Notes under the pieces: model-generated
What the model was told of the DNA's origin: nothing
What the model saw: the letters and a program-made list of their open reading frames with translations, nothing else
The model's database searches: none
Position numbers and translations under genes: made by a program
Origin: Acidimicrobiales bacterium
GTDB taxonomy: Bacteria > Actinomycetota > Acidimicrobiia > Acidimicrobiales > RAAP-2
DNA: 38,780 nucleotides
NCBI GenBank assembly: GCA_036509375.1
Contig: DATCFS010000212.1
Span: forward strand, 1 to 38,780
Reading direction: 5' to 3'
In this document: positions 10,752 to 19,355 of the stretch, one piece after another
Layout of the letters: the number at the start of each line of letters is the position of its first letter
How positions within the stretch are numbered: the first letter of the stretch is position 1

Positions 10752-11615
10752 TCAACGGTAACCGGCGAAGATGTCGGTGACGTTGCCTTCGAGGTTCCTT
10801 GGATTCGTCACCCGCACGAACCACTCGGTGCTCATGGTCTTCATGAACTCCTCCTTGCCCATCTTCATCCAGAAAGAATCGCTGATCTGCGAAGCGTGCG
10901 CCTCCAGCGCGTCGAACTTCGCGCCGTTCACTTCGCTGACATCGATGGTCGCTGCGATCTGGTCATCGGGCGTTCCCATTTCGAACTCTTCCACGTCGGG
11001 GTCGGGTACTTCTGGTTCGCGAACAATGCCCTTTGCGGTATCGGCCTCTTTGCGTTCGCGATCCTCCTGCTCCCAGCGCAGGCGCCACAGCGCGAACACC
11101 GAATCGGGAATCGCGTTGAAGTACAAGGTCGGTTCGTAGTCAATCAGTTCGAGCGCCGCGAGCGTGATGCGGTTCGCCTGAATGTGATCGGGGTGACCGT
11201 AAAAGCCGTGCTCGTTGTAGGTCATGATGACCTGAGGTCGTTCCTCCATGAACGTCTCAGCGAGTTTGGCGGCCGCCACGTCGACGGGGGTTGCCCAGAA
11301 CGACTCGGGATCCTTGTTCTGGGGCCAACCCATCATTCCCGAGTCGCGGTACCCGAGTCGCACGAGTCGACTAATACCGAGAATCTTCACCGCGTTGTCA
11401 AGTTCGACGGCGCGGATTTTGGCCACTTCATCGCCGTCGTGATGATCGGCGTCGGGCTTCGCTCCGTCGGGGGCGTCACCGCACTCGCCGTTCGTGCAGG
11501 TCACCAGTACGGTGCGCACGCCCTGGTCGGCGAGCAGCCGGTAGAGCCCACCACTCGAGCTGGCCTCGTCGTCGGGGTGAGCGTGCACGGCGAGAAAGGT
11601 CAGTTGTTCCATCAC
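10752..11615 (-). CDS. PIG-L family deacetylase (MshB/Mca-like), copy 1
   Basis: VHAHPDDE, VTCTNGECG, LGYRDSGM, GFYGHPDHI, AHASQI. Confidence 0.9.
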   Translation of the reverse strand: MMEQLTFLAVHAHPDDEASSSGGLYRLLADQGVRTVLVTCTNGECGDAPDGAKPDADHHDGDEVAKIRAVELDNAVKILGISRLVRLGYRDSGMMGWPQNKDPESFWATPVDVAAAKLAETFMEERPQVIMTYNEHGFYGHPDHIQANRITLAALELIDYEPTLYFNAIPDSVFALWRLRWEQEDRERKEADTAKGIVREPEVPDPDVEEFEMGTPDDQIAATIDVSEVNGAKFDALEAHASQISDSFWMKMGKEEFMKTMSTEWFVRVTNPRNLEGNVTDIFAGYR

Positions 11616-12424
11616 AGTCCTCCAAAGAGATCAGTTTCGTCGCCAGTTGTGACATCACGGCTCCACGCGCGCTGGTAGTACTCGGTGCCGAACAACAGTG
11701 CGAAGAGTTCTTCGTCCATCGTCACGAGGTCAGCGTTGTCAATCTGGGAGGCGTGGGTCGCGATTGCTTGGTGCTTGCGCGCAGCGAAGGCGCGCACGTC
11801 CATTGTAGTGGTCACCAAATGATCGTCGACATGGTGCGAGGCGTCCAGTATCCAGGCCGGGAGGAAGACGCCCTTGGCCGTGGCGCCCTCAATGAACTGG
11901 ACGAGCACGCTCTTGGGCACCACCGGATAGTAGAGACGTTGCGGACTCGTCGCGATGTCGAGGGCCCGGCGCGTAATGACGTTCGCCATGATGTGATCGG
12001 GGTGACCGTAGAATCCATTCTCGTCGTAGGTGACGACGACGGTGGCGTCCACCTCATCCAGAATGGCCGCGAGCGTTCGCGCAACGGCGTCCACGTCAAC
12101 TTGCACGAACGCGTTGGGCGCCTCGTTCTGCGGCCAACCCTTCATGCCCGAGTCGTCGTAGCCGAGCGTGATCACGCGAAAGAAACCGGCGACGGTACCG
12201 GCGAGTTGTAGCTCACCGGCGCGCACACTCCTCGTGACCTCGGCGTCGTGCTCGGGGTGCGAGCCCGGCCGCCCGTTGGCGTCGATTCCCAATTGACCAT
12301 TCGTACACGTGACGAGAATGACGCGGTATCCGAGGTCGGCGTAGAACGAGGTAATGCCCGCGGTAAAGAGGGCCTCATCGTCGGGGTGTGCGTGCACGCA
12401 GACGAGCGTGGGGGTAGACGTCAT
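11612..12424 (-). CDS. PIG-L family deacetylase (MshB/Mca-like), copy 2
   Basis: VHAHPDDE, VTCTNGQLG, LGYDDSGM, GFYGHPDHI, THASQI. ATGA overlap with copy 1. Confidence 0.9.
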   Translation of the reverse strand: MTSTPTLVCVHAHPDDEALFTAGITSFYADLGYRVILVTCTNGQLGIDANGRPGSHPEHDAEVTRSVRAGELQLAGTVAGFFRVITLGYDDSGMKGWPQNEAPNAFVQVDVDAVARTLAAILDEVDATVVVTYDENGFYGHPDHIMANVITRRALDIATSPQRLYYPVVPKSVLVQFIEGATAKGVFLPAWILDASHHVDDHLVTTTMDVRAFAARKHQAIATHASQIDNADLVTMDEELFALLFGTEYYQRAWSRDVTTGDETDLFGGL

Positions 12425-12433
12425 CCTGAGAGA

Positions 12434-14014
12434 CTAGGAGGTGGCTAGTTGGATAATGCGCACGACCAAGAGCGTGCCCGCCACCAACAGGTAGGAGCCG
12501 ACGGCGCGCAACAGAATCCGACGAGCGAGCGACGTCGGCAGTGGCGCGAGCAGTGTGAGACGTGGCGTACGCCAGTCGCGCTTGTCGATGTCGTAGTCGG
12601 CCTTCACGGCGGCCCGACGAAGTCCGATCGGGAGTCCGATGAGGAGACCGATGACCACGATGATCCCGAGGGTACTGAGTAGAACGATCACGTTCACTGA
12701 CGTGAAGAGGGTTGAGACCATCATGGTGATCGACAGCACCACGAGCACGCTCACGATGATCGTCGCCACGACATTTAACCACTTCCCGTTCACCCACGGT
12801 CCGAGTACTTCGCGGTCGTTGCAGAGCAGGAGGACGAAGATCGTGGTGCTCGGCAACATCAGCCCGCACATGGCCTGCACCGCCAAAGTGATGAGCCCGA
12901 GTGGCGCGCCCGGCAACAGGGTCACGACGCCGGCGACGACGAGCAGTCCGGCGAACGATCCGAAGAACACTTTGGCGTCGCGAATGCGAGCGTTGAGTGA
13001 GTGTCGAGAGGCGCCGAGATCGCCGAGCGCGTAGGTGCTCGCGAGCGTCACCGCCGCCGCGCCGATGACCGATGCATTCAACAGGAGGATCGCGAAGAGC
13101 GTGCCCGAGCCCTTGCCGACGTAGCGACTAAGTCCGCGCGCAACACCGAGTGCGTTGGTGTACGAGTTCGTGGTGCCGTGACCGGAGAGTCCCGCGGCGG
13201 CGACCGCGATCATCAACCCCGCACCGACCACGACAATGAGTGAGCCAATGATGGTGTCGACCCGCTCGTAGTTGAGCCAGCGAGGCGTGATCTTCTTGTC
13301 CACAATGTTCGACTGCTGGAAGTACAACTGCCACGGCGCGACGGTGGTCCCGATGATCGAAATGATGAGCAGTACGGCGGCCGACGACGCGCCGCCGCGG
13401 ATGCCCGGGATGACCGAATGACTCACCATTGACGAAAAGTGCGGCTTCGTGACGATCACCAACGGGACGATCACGAAGTTGATCGCGACGAAGAGCATCA
13501 TGAAGCGCTCCCAGCGTTGGAACGATCCCGACGCCGTCACCGAGAAGAGCAGGATCACGGCGATCGGCACCGAGATGTAGGGGCTGACGCCGAAGTACTC
13601 CATGGAGAGCGAGATGCCGATGAACTCGGTGATAATGATGAGAAAATTGAGTAACAGGATGGAACCGATCGAGACGTTGCCCCAGTACTTGCCGAATCGT
13701 TCGCGGATGAGTCGGCCGTGGCCGACCCCGGTCACGGCGCCGAGACGCGCGACCATCTCCTGATTGATGATGAGGACCGGGATGAGAAGCGGCAACGTCC
13801 AGAGCATCGTGTACGCGAAATTCTGACCGGCCTGAGCGTAGGTGGAGACCCCACCGGCGTCGTTGTCGCCCACCATGACGATGAGTCCAGGACCAATGAT
13901 TGCGATGAGCGTCAAGAAACGGGCGCGTAGTCCGTGACGGTGACCCGTGTCGTGAGCCTTGATGGTGCCGAAGGCACCACTGATCTGAAGTTCTTTTGCC
14001 GCTTCGCTCTGCAC
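12434..14014 (-). CDS. NRAMP-family divalent cation transporter, NRMT/Mg2+-type subgroup
   Basis: IGPGLIVMVGDNDAGGVSTY (DAGG in place of DPGN), QEMVARLG, GTTVAPWQ in TM6, many TM helices. Strong SD GAAAGGAGGTG. Confidence 0.88.
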   Translation of the reverse strand: MQSEAAKELQISGAFGTIKAHDTGHRHGLRARFLTLIAIIGPGLIVMVGDNDAGGVSTYAQAGQNFAYTMLWTLPLLIPVLIINQEMVARLGAVTGVGHGRLIRERFGKYWGNVSIGSILLLNFLIIITEFIGISLSMEYFGVSPYISVPIAVILLFSVTASGSFQRWERFMMLFVAINFVIVPLVIVTKPHFSSMVSHSVIPGIRGGASSAAVLLIISIIGTTVAPWQLYFQQSNIVDKKITPRWLNYERVDTIIGSLIVVVGAGLMIAVAAAGLSGHGTTNSYTNALGVARGLSRYVGKGSGTLFAILLLNASVIGAAAVTLASTYALGDLGASRHSLNARIRDAKVFFGSFAGLLVVAGVVTLLPGAPLGLITLAVQAMCGLMLPSTTIFVLLLCNDREVLGPWVNGKWLNVVATIIVSVLVVLSITMMVSTLFTSVNVIVLLSTLGIIVVIGLLIGLPIGLRRAAVKADYDIDKRDWRTPRLTLLAPLPTSLARRILLRAVGSYLLVAGTLLVVRIIQLATS

Positions 14015-14016
14015 GA

Positions 14017-14172
14017 TCCACCTCCTTTCGTCTCGCTGTGGTCGTTAGGCGAAACAACCACGGCGAAACCAGAGGGTGGACTATGCGTCTACCAAGGGAG
14101 TCGTGCGAAGTTGCGTCGGTACGTGATACGCCGTAAGGCTGGTACTAGGGGGTTTCAGAGAAGCCCCCTTAG
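14017..14172 (-). promoter_or_regulatory. Structured attenuator-like leader of the NRAMP gene (SD-sequestering hairpin plus upstream hairpin and candidate uORF)
   Basis: Minus-strand long stem UCCACC..GUUUCGC..GUGGUUGUU-loop-AACGACCAC..GCGAGAC..GGUGGA (14017-14080) buries the SD. Second stem AGGGGG..UUC-UCU-GAA..CCCCCU at 14145-14172. Confidence 0.6.
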
Positions 14173-14198
14173 AACGTGACCCGAGGTGACGCGCGGCA

Positions 14199-15458
14199 CT
14201 ATTCCTCCACCGCGTGCATGCCGTACTCGCGGCGCCAACCCTGGGGCAGGAGCTCTTCGAGCAGGTCGTCGACTGTAATGACGCCAACCATGTGGCCGTG
14301 GTCGTCATCGAGGACGGGTAAAACGGTGAGGTTGAAGTCACTCATCTTGCGTGAGATTCGGTGCAGGTCCCACTGCGGGTGCACGTGGGCGAGTTGCGTT
14401 CGGGCCACCGCGAGCGCCAACTCGTTCTCTCGAGCGCGCACGAGTGGCGCAATGGACGCAGCCCCGATTGGCTGGCCTCCATCGTCGAGGATGAAGACAG
14501 CGTGGACCGACTCGGCCGGCACGGTCGAACTGCGAATCGCCTCGAGCGCGTCGGCGGCCGTGGCGGTTGAGGGCACCGAAACGAAGTCGGTGTTCATAAG
14601 ACCGCCGGCGGTATCGGCGTTATAAGAGAGGAGTTGACGGACCTTGGTCTGCTGATCGGCGCCAAGTTGCTCGAGGATCGGCAGACGGCGCTCCTGATCG
14701 ACTTCGCTAATCAGGTCGGCCGCGTTGTCGGGCTCCATACGTGACAACAACCGGGCCGCTTCGGCATCCGAACGACCCTCGAGGAACTCCAACTGATGCT
14801 CGACGTCGAGCTCTTCGAAGACGTCGGCTTCGAGCTCGCGGTCGAGCCCCACGGCCTCGATAATCTCCTCGCCCTCTTCGTGGCTCGCCTGTTCGACGAG
14901 GTCCGCGATCTGGGCCGGATGCAGCTTCGCCAATTTGCGATAGGGAATCCGGAGGCGGGCCGACGGTACGTGCGACACGAAGGGTTCGATGGAAGCGAAA
15001 TCGACAATCGCTTCGGACTTCACCCGTTGGCCGACGTTCTTGCCGAGCACACGTCGGAGGAACGGTCGACGTCCAGGATCGACGCCCACGACCTCCCACT
15101 TGTTATCAATCTGGGCGATTTCGATCTCGTTGGCGATGATCAGGCGACCACGCACCAGGTTGATGAGGTGGCGCGCCAAGAGGTCTTCGGCGAGGAGGAG
15201 CTCTCCCGGACGACGCTCAAATCGTCGCAGGTCGACCCGCTTGCCCTCGAAGGTCATGCGACCTTCGGCCAGACCGCCAATCTTCTTGATGGGCACGAAG
15301 AGATCGCGACCCTCAATACGAATGACGGCCCCCACGATGGGTGGATGCGGATTGTCGCCGAGGCGCGCGACGAGGTCCTGGACGCGACCAATCCGGTCGC
15401 CGTCGGAATCGAAGATTGGACGGTGCAGGAACGTGGAGAGGTGGAGAATGTCAGTCAT
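14199..15458 (-). CDS. Soluble PRC-barrel / MgtE N-terminal / CBS-pair protein (no membrane domain)
   Basis: IFDSDGDRIGRVQDLV (PRC), LHPAQIADLVEQ and MEPDNAADL (MgtE_N), TAGGLMNTDFV, GVITVDDLLE (CBS). The ORF ends right after the CBS pair. Confidence 0.88.
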   Translation of the reverse strand: MTDILHLSTFLHRPIFDSDGDRIGRVQDLVARLGDNPHPPIVGAVIRIEGRDLFVPIKKIGGLAEGRMTFEGKRVDLRRFERRPGELLLAEDLLARHLINLVRGRLIIANEIEIAQIDNKWEVVGVDPGRRPFLRRVLGKNVGQRVKSEAIVDFASIEPFVSHVPSARLRIPYRKLAKLHPAQIADLVEQASHEEGEEIIEAVGLDRELEADVFEELDVEHQLEFLEGRSDAEAARLLSRMEPDNAADLISEVDQERRLPILEQLGADQQTKVRQLLSYNADTAGGLMNTDFVSVPSTATAADALEAIRSSTVPAESVHAVFILDDGGQPIGAASIAPLVRARENELALAVARTQLAHVHPQWDLHRISRKMSDFNLTVLPVLDDDHGHMVGVITVDDLLEELLPQGWRREYGMHAVEE

Positions 15459-15563
15459 GTGATGCCTTTATGGTCCTCTAAGGCTACCGCCTCGGGCCAT
15501 TTCCTCTCCGAGCCAACAGGCGAACTCTTCGCGACGAATGCGCGAACGCCGGTGTCGAAGTAC

Positions 15564-16592
15564 TCAGCCCAGCGTGGGCTTGAACTGCGCCAACACATCG
15601 GCCACGAACGTGACGTCGTCGTCGCTCACACCCGCGTGGGTGACGAAGCGCGCTCGACGTGGACCCACGGTCCCGCCTTCCACGCCGAGGTGCGCGAGTT
15701 CACTCACGAGTTGACGGGCCTGGGGATGATTGAAGGCCACGATGTTCGTTCGACAGGTCGTTGGGTCGTAGTCCGCTTCGGGAAACGCCGTGGCGAAGAG
15801 ATGGGCCAACGTGTTCGCCCTCGCGTGATCGTCAGCCAAACGCTCGATCATCGTTTCGAGCGCCACGAGTCCGGCGGCCGCGAGGAAGCCGGCCTGACGC
15901 ATGGCCCCACCGAGTCGCTTTCGCTCGACGCGCCCTCGTTCGATAAGTTCGGCCGGACCAGCGAGTAAGGAACCGGCCGGCGCGCAGAGACCTTTCGAGA
16001 GACAGGTCATCACCGTGGTCGCGGGGGCGGCGTACTGCGCGGCGGTTGTGCCCGTTGCCACAACTGCGTTGAAGAGACGCGCGCCGTCGAGGTGAATCGG
16101 GCGACCGCCGAGTGCGCCGGACAGCGCCACAATGTCGGCGACGTCCAGTGGTGTACCCCCCGAGGGCATGTGCGTGTTCTCGAGCGAAACCATCGCCACG
16201 TGGGGCTGGTGATCCTCTTCGGCGTCGATGACGTCCAGCACCTCGCGCAGCGCGAGCGTGCCGCGGGCGTCGTCGACGGTGGCGAACTGGACTGACGCAT
16301 TCCTCGCCGCTGCACCCATCTCGAAACTCACGACGTGCTGACCACGCCCCGCGATCACCAGGTCGCCGGGCGACGTCAGAACGCGCACCGCAATCTGGTT
16401 GCCCATCACGCCCGACGGCACGAAGACCGCCGCCTCCTTGCCAACCATCTCGGCGTAGCGCTCCTCGAGCGATCGAATCGTGGGGTCCTCGTTGTAGCCG
16501 TCGTCGCCCACGACGGCGCTGAACATGGCGTCGCGCATGGCCTCAGTCGGTTGGGTCACCGTGTCGCTTCGAAGGTCTACTCGTCGAGTCAT
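15564..16592 (-). CDS. ltaE: Low-specificity L-threonine aldolase
   Basis: DLRSDTVTQPT, VGDDGYNEDPT, PSGVMGNQ, ENTH, HLDGARLFNA, CLSKGL (PLP Lys), GGAMRQAG. Confidence 0.93.
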   Translation of the reverse strand: MTRRVDLRSDTVTQPTEAMRDAMFSAVVGDDGYNEDPTIRSLEERYAEMVGKEAAVFVPSGVMGNQIAVRVLTSPGDLVIAGRGQHVVSFEMGAAARNASVQFATVDDARGTLALREVLDVIDAEEDHQPHVAMVSLENTHMPSGGTPLDVADIVALSGALGGRPIHLDGARLFNAVVATGTTAAQYAAPATTVMTCLSKGLCAPAGSLLAGPAELIERGRVERKRLGGAMRQAGFLAAAGLVALETMIERLADDHARANTLAHLFATAFPEADYDPTTCRTNIVAFNHPQARQLVSELAHLGVEGGTVGPRRARFVTHAGVSDDDVTFVADVLAQFKPTLG

Positions 16593-16628
16593 GGTCCGAG
16601 GTTACCGGCCGACTTCTACACTGTCGAA
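16593..16628. promoter_or_regulatory. Back-to-back leaderless promoters for ltaE and the thioesterase
   Basis: Minus: TAACCT (16604-16599)-N6-ATG. Plus: TACACT (16617-16622)-N6-ATG. Confidence 0.65.
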
Positions 16629-17054
16629 ATGTCCGATGCCATGACGAGCCGACTTTCCGACGCCAATGACGTGAACAAACAGTTGGGGATCAAGGTCATT
16701 GAACTCACGCCGGAGAAGGTCGTCTTGCAGGTCGACGTCGGCCCGAAGGTCCACCAGCCCTACGGCATCTTGCACGGTGGCGTGTCAGCGTTGCTGGCCG
16801 AAGGGGCGGCCAGCATTGGGGGTGCACTCAGCGTCGAACCCGGGCAGATCGTTGTTGGCACTGAGCTCAACTGCTCGCATCTACGTTCCATGACCAGTGG
16901 CACCCTCACCGCGACCGCGACGCCCATTCGAAAGGGCCGCACGGTCCACGTGTGGGGCATCGACCTCACTGACGACGGGGGCCGATTGATCTGCGTTGCG
17001 CGCTGTACGTTGCAAGTATTGAAGGCACCCGCTTCGGGCGAAGCCACGTCGTAG
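16629..17054 (+). CDS. PaaI/MenI-like hotdog-fold acyl-CoA thioesterase
   Basis: HQPYGILHGGVSALLAE, VGTELNCSHLR, GRTVHVW. Start moved to ATG 16629. Confidence 0.9.
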   Translation: MSDAMTSRLSDANDVNKQLGIKVIELTPEKVVLQVDVGPKVHQPYGILHGGVSALLAEGAASIGGALSVEPGQIVVGTELNCSHLRSMTSGTLTATATPIRKGRTVHVWGIDLTDDGGRLICVARCTLQVLKAPASGEATS

Positions 17055-17089
17055 ACTTCAACGCAGGCTGAGCAGCGAAGGAGCTGACA

Positions 17090-18013
17090 ATGGGCGTTCG
17101 CTTTAAGGGCTGGGGCATTGCCCTACCCGACCGAATAGTAACGAACGACGAGCTCTCACTCACGCTCGACACCTCCGACGAATGGATCACCGAGCGCACG
17201 GGCATCCGCGAACGCCGCATCGGCGGTTCCGCCGTTTCGCTGGGCGTGATCGCCGGGCGCAACGCCATCGAAGATTCCGGTCTCGTCGTCGGCGACATCG
17301 ACTTCATCGTCGTGGCGACCACGACGCCGGACCGTATCTGTCCCGCTTCGGCACCGATGATTGCCCACGAGCTCGGTCTCAGTTGTCCCGCCATGGACGT
17401 CAACGCCGCCTGCAGCGGTTTCATGTACGCCGTTCGTACGGCGCAGGGTCTGCTCGAGACCGGCAACAAGCGGATCCTGGTCATCGGATCGGAGAATCTC
17501 TCTCGCTGGGTCGACTGGAGCGACCGCAACATGGCGGTGCTGCTGGGCGACGGCGCCGGCGCGGCCGTTCTCGAATACGACGACGAGCAGAGCGACATTC
17601 TTTCCTTCGTGTTAGGCGCCGACGGTTCGGCGGCCGATCTCTTGACGGCGGAGCACGGCGGCTACTTCCAGATGGACGGTAAGGAGGTCTTCCGTCGCGC
17701 CGTACGCGTGGTCGTCGACTCGGCCGAACAGGCGATGAAGATTGCGCAGGTGAGCCCCGACGACATCAGCCTCGTCATCCCCCACCAGGCGAACATCCGC
17801 ATCATCAAGGCGGCTACACAACGCCTCGAGATTCCAATGGAGCGCACCGTCGTCACGCTCGATCGCTACGGCAACACGTCGAGCTCGTCGATTCCACTCG
17901 CCTTCTTCGATGCCCGCGAGAACGGTCGCATTAAGTCCGGCGAGTACGCACTCCTGACTGGATTCGGCGCCGGCATGACGTGGGCGTCGGCCGTCGTGCG
18001 GTGGTCGCGTTGA
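17090..18013 (+). CDS. fabH: 3-oxoacyl-ACP synthase III
   Basis: DTSDEWITERTGIRERR, AACSGF (Cys), GDGAGA, MDGKEVF, IPHQAN (His), GNTS (Asn), GFGAGMTW. SD AAGGAG. Confidence 0.93.
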   Translation: MGVRFKGWGIALPDRIVTNDELSLTLDTSDEWITERTGIRERRIGGSAVSLGVIAGRNAIEDSGLVVGDIDFIVVATTTPDRICPASAPMIAHELGLSCPAMDVNAACSGFMYAVRTAQGLLETGNKRILVIGSENLSRWVDWSDRNMAVLLGDGAGAAVLEYDDEQSDILSFVLGADGSAADLLTAEHGGYFQMDGKEVFRRAVRVVVDSAEQAMKIAQVSPDDISLVIPHQANIRIIKAATQRLEIPMERTVVTLDRYGNTSSSSIPLAFFDARENGRIKSGEYALLTGFGAGMTWASAVVRWSR

Positions 18014-18861
18014 GCGGACCATCGCTCGTCATCCTCGCCGCCGGTCGCGCCCGACGCTACGGCGGCGTGAAGCAGTTAGCGCCGATTGGCAAGCACGGCG
18101 AAGGCGTCATCGACCTCTTAGCCTCCGACGCCTGGGCGTCGGGCTTCGAGGACATCGTCATCGTCGTCAATCCCGACACCGGTCCCCAAATTGAGAAGCA
18201 CGTCGCCGACCGTTGGCCGAAGGAACACAAGGTCTCCTTCGCCGTACAGAATCGCTTGCGCGGTACCGTGGACGCGACACTCGCGGCAGAATCAAGTCTC
18301 GATCTTTCTCGGCCCTTCGGCATCTCCAATGCCGACGACCTCTACGGTCGCGCCGCGTTCTTGCTACTGGGCGCGCAACTCGCGAAAAGCTCCGACAACT
18401 GTCTCGTCGGCTTCGAGCTCGACCGCGCACTAGTCGGCGACCTTCCCGTCTCGCGCGGCACGTGCATGGTGGAAGATGGTCGTCTTACGGAAATCGTGGA
18501 GCGGCGTAACGTTCACTCGACGTTGGAGGGCTACGACGCCGACGACGGGCTCGAACCCGTGTCGTTATCGCCACTCGCGACCGTCTCAATGAACTTGTGG
18601 GGATTTCAACCGGAGATCATTCCTCTACTGCGCAAATCACTTGAGTCGCACGACTTCGAAATCGATTCGGAACTGCAACTCTCGACGTTTGTCGGACAGC
18701 TGCTCGCGACGACGGACCTTCGATTTGACGTCCTGCCAACTCGGTCGCGGTGCATTGGCATCACTCACGCGAAGGACCTGCCGGTTGCCCAATTACTCGT
18801 ACGGTTGGAAATTGAATCTGGACACCGGCCCGAGTACGCGTTCGTCGAGCCACTCGCCTGA
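18010..18861 (+). CDS. Nucleotidyltransferase (NTP_transferase family)
   Basis: ILAAGRARRYGGVKQL, NADDLYG, VSRG, VSMNLWGF. TTG start overlaps the fabH TGA. Confidence 0.8.
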   Translation: MSGPSLVILAAGRARRYGGVKQLAPIGKHGEGVIDLLASDAWASGFEDIVIVVNPDTGPQIEKHVADRWPKEHKVSFAVQNRLRGTVDATLAAESSLDLSRPFGISNADDLYGRAAFLLLGAQLAKSSDNCLVGFELDRALVGDLPVSRGTCMVEDGRLTEIVERRNVHSTLEGYDADDGLEPVSLSPLATVSMNLWGFQPEIIPLLRKSLESHDFEIDSELQLSTFVGQLLATTDLRFDVLPTRSRCIGITHAKDLPVAQLLVRLEIESGHRPEYAFVEPLA

Positions 18862-18946
18862 CCCTTCAACGCAGATGAGCCGCCGGTGCAACACTCGCAT
18901 TCGTGGCGGTTCCCTCTTCCGGTGATTCGGCCGTTAGCCTGATTCG

Positions 18947-19351
18947 ATGGGTATCGATCTGGTCAGTTTCATCGTCAACGACTACGACGCGGCGATTACA
19001 TTCTTCGTTGACGCGCTCGACTTCGTGCTGACCGAGGACTCCTCGTCGCTCGACGGCGATGGCGGGGCAAAACGTTGGGTCGTCGTTCGACCTCCCGATC
19101 TCTCTACCGGACTCCTGCTTGCGAAAGCGCGTGGCACCGAGCAAGAAAGTTTTGTCGGCAATCAGTTCGGTGGTCGCGTCGGACTGTTTTTGCGTGTGGA
19201 CGACTTCGACGTCGCGTACGAGCGCATGTCGGCCTACGGCGTCACCTTCCACACCGCACCACGCACCGGGGAGTACGGCATGGTGGCCGTTTTCGAGGAT
19301 CTCTACGGCAACAAGTGGGACCTGCTCGGTCCACCATCGTCGCGGTCGTAG
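18947..19351 (+). CDS. VOC/glyoxalase family protein
   Basis: VNDYDAAITFF, KRWVVVRPP, LRVDDFD, VAVFEDLYGNKWDLL. Leaderless TAGCCT (18935-18940)-N6-ATG. Confidence 0.88.
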   Translation: MGIDLVSFIVNDYDAAITFFVDALDFVLTEDSSSLDGDGGAKRWVVVRPPDLSTGLLLAKARGTEQESFVGNQFGGRVGLFLRVDDFDVAYERMSAYGVTFHTAPRTGEYGMVAVFEDLYGNKWDLLGPPSSRS

Positions 19352-19355
19352 TTCG

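Noticed and set aside
14015-14198. M-box (ykoK) or yybP-ykoY riboswitch ahead of the NRAMP gene
   Set aside because: Expected from context, but the conserved aptamer sequences are not visible on the coding strand. Reported instead as an unassigned leader.
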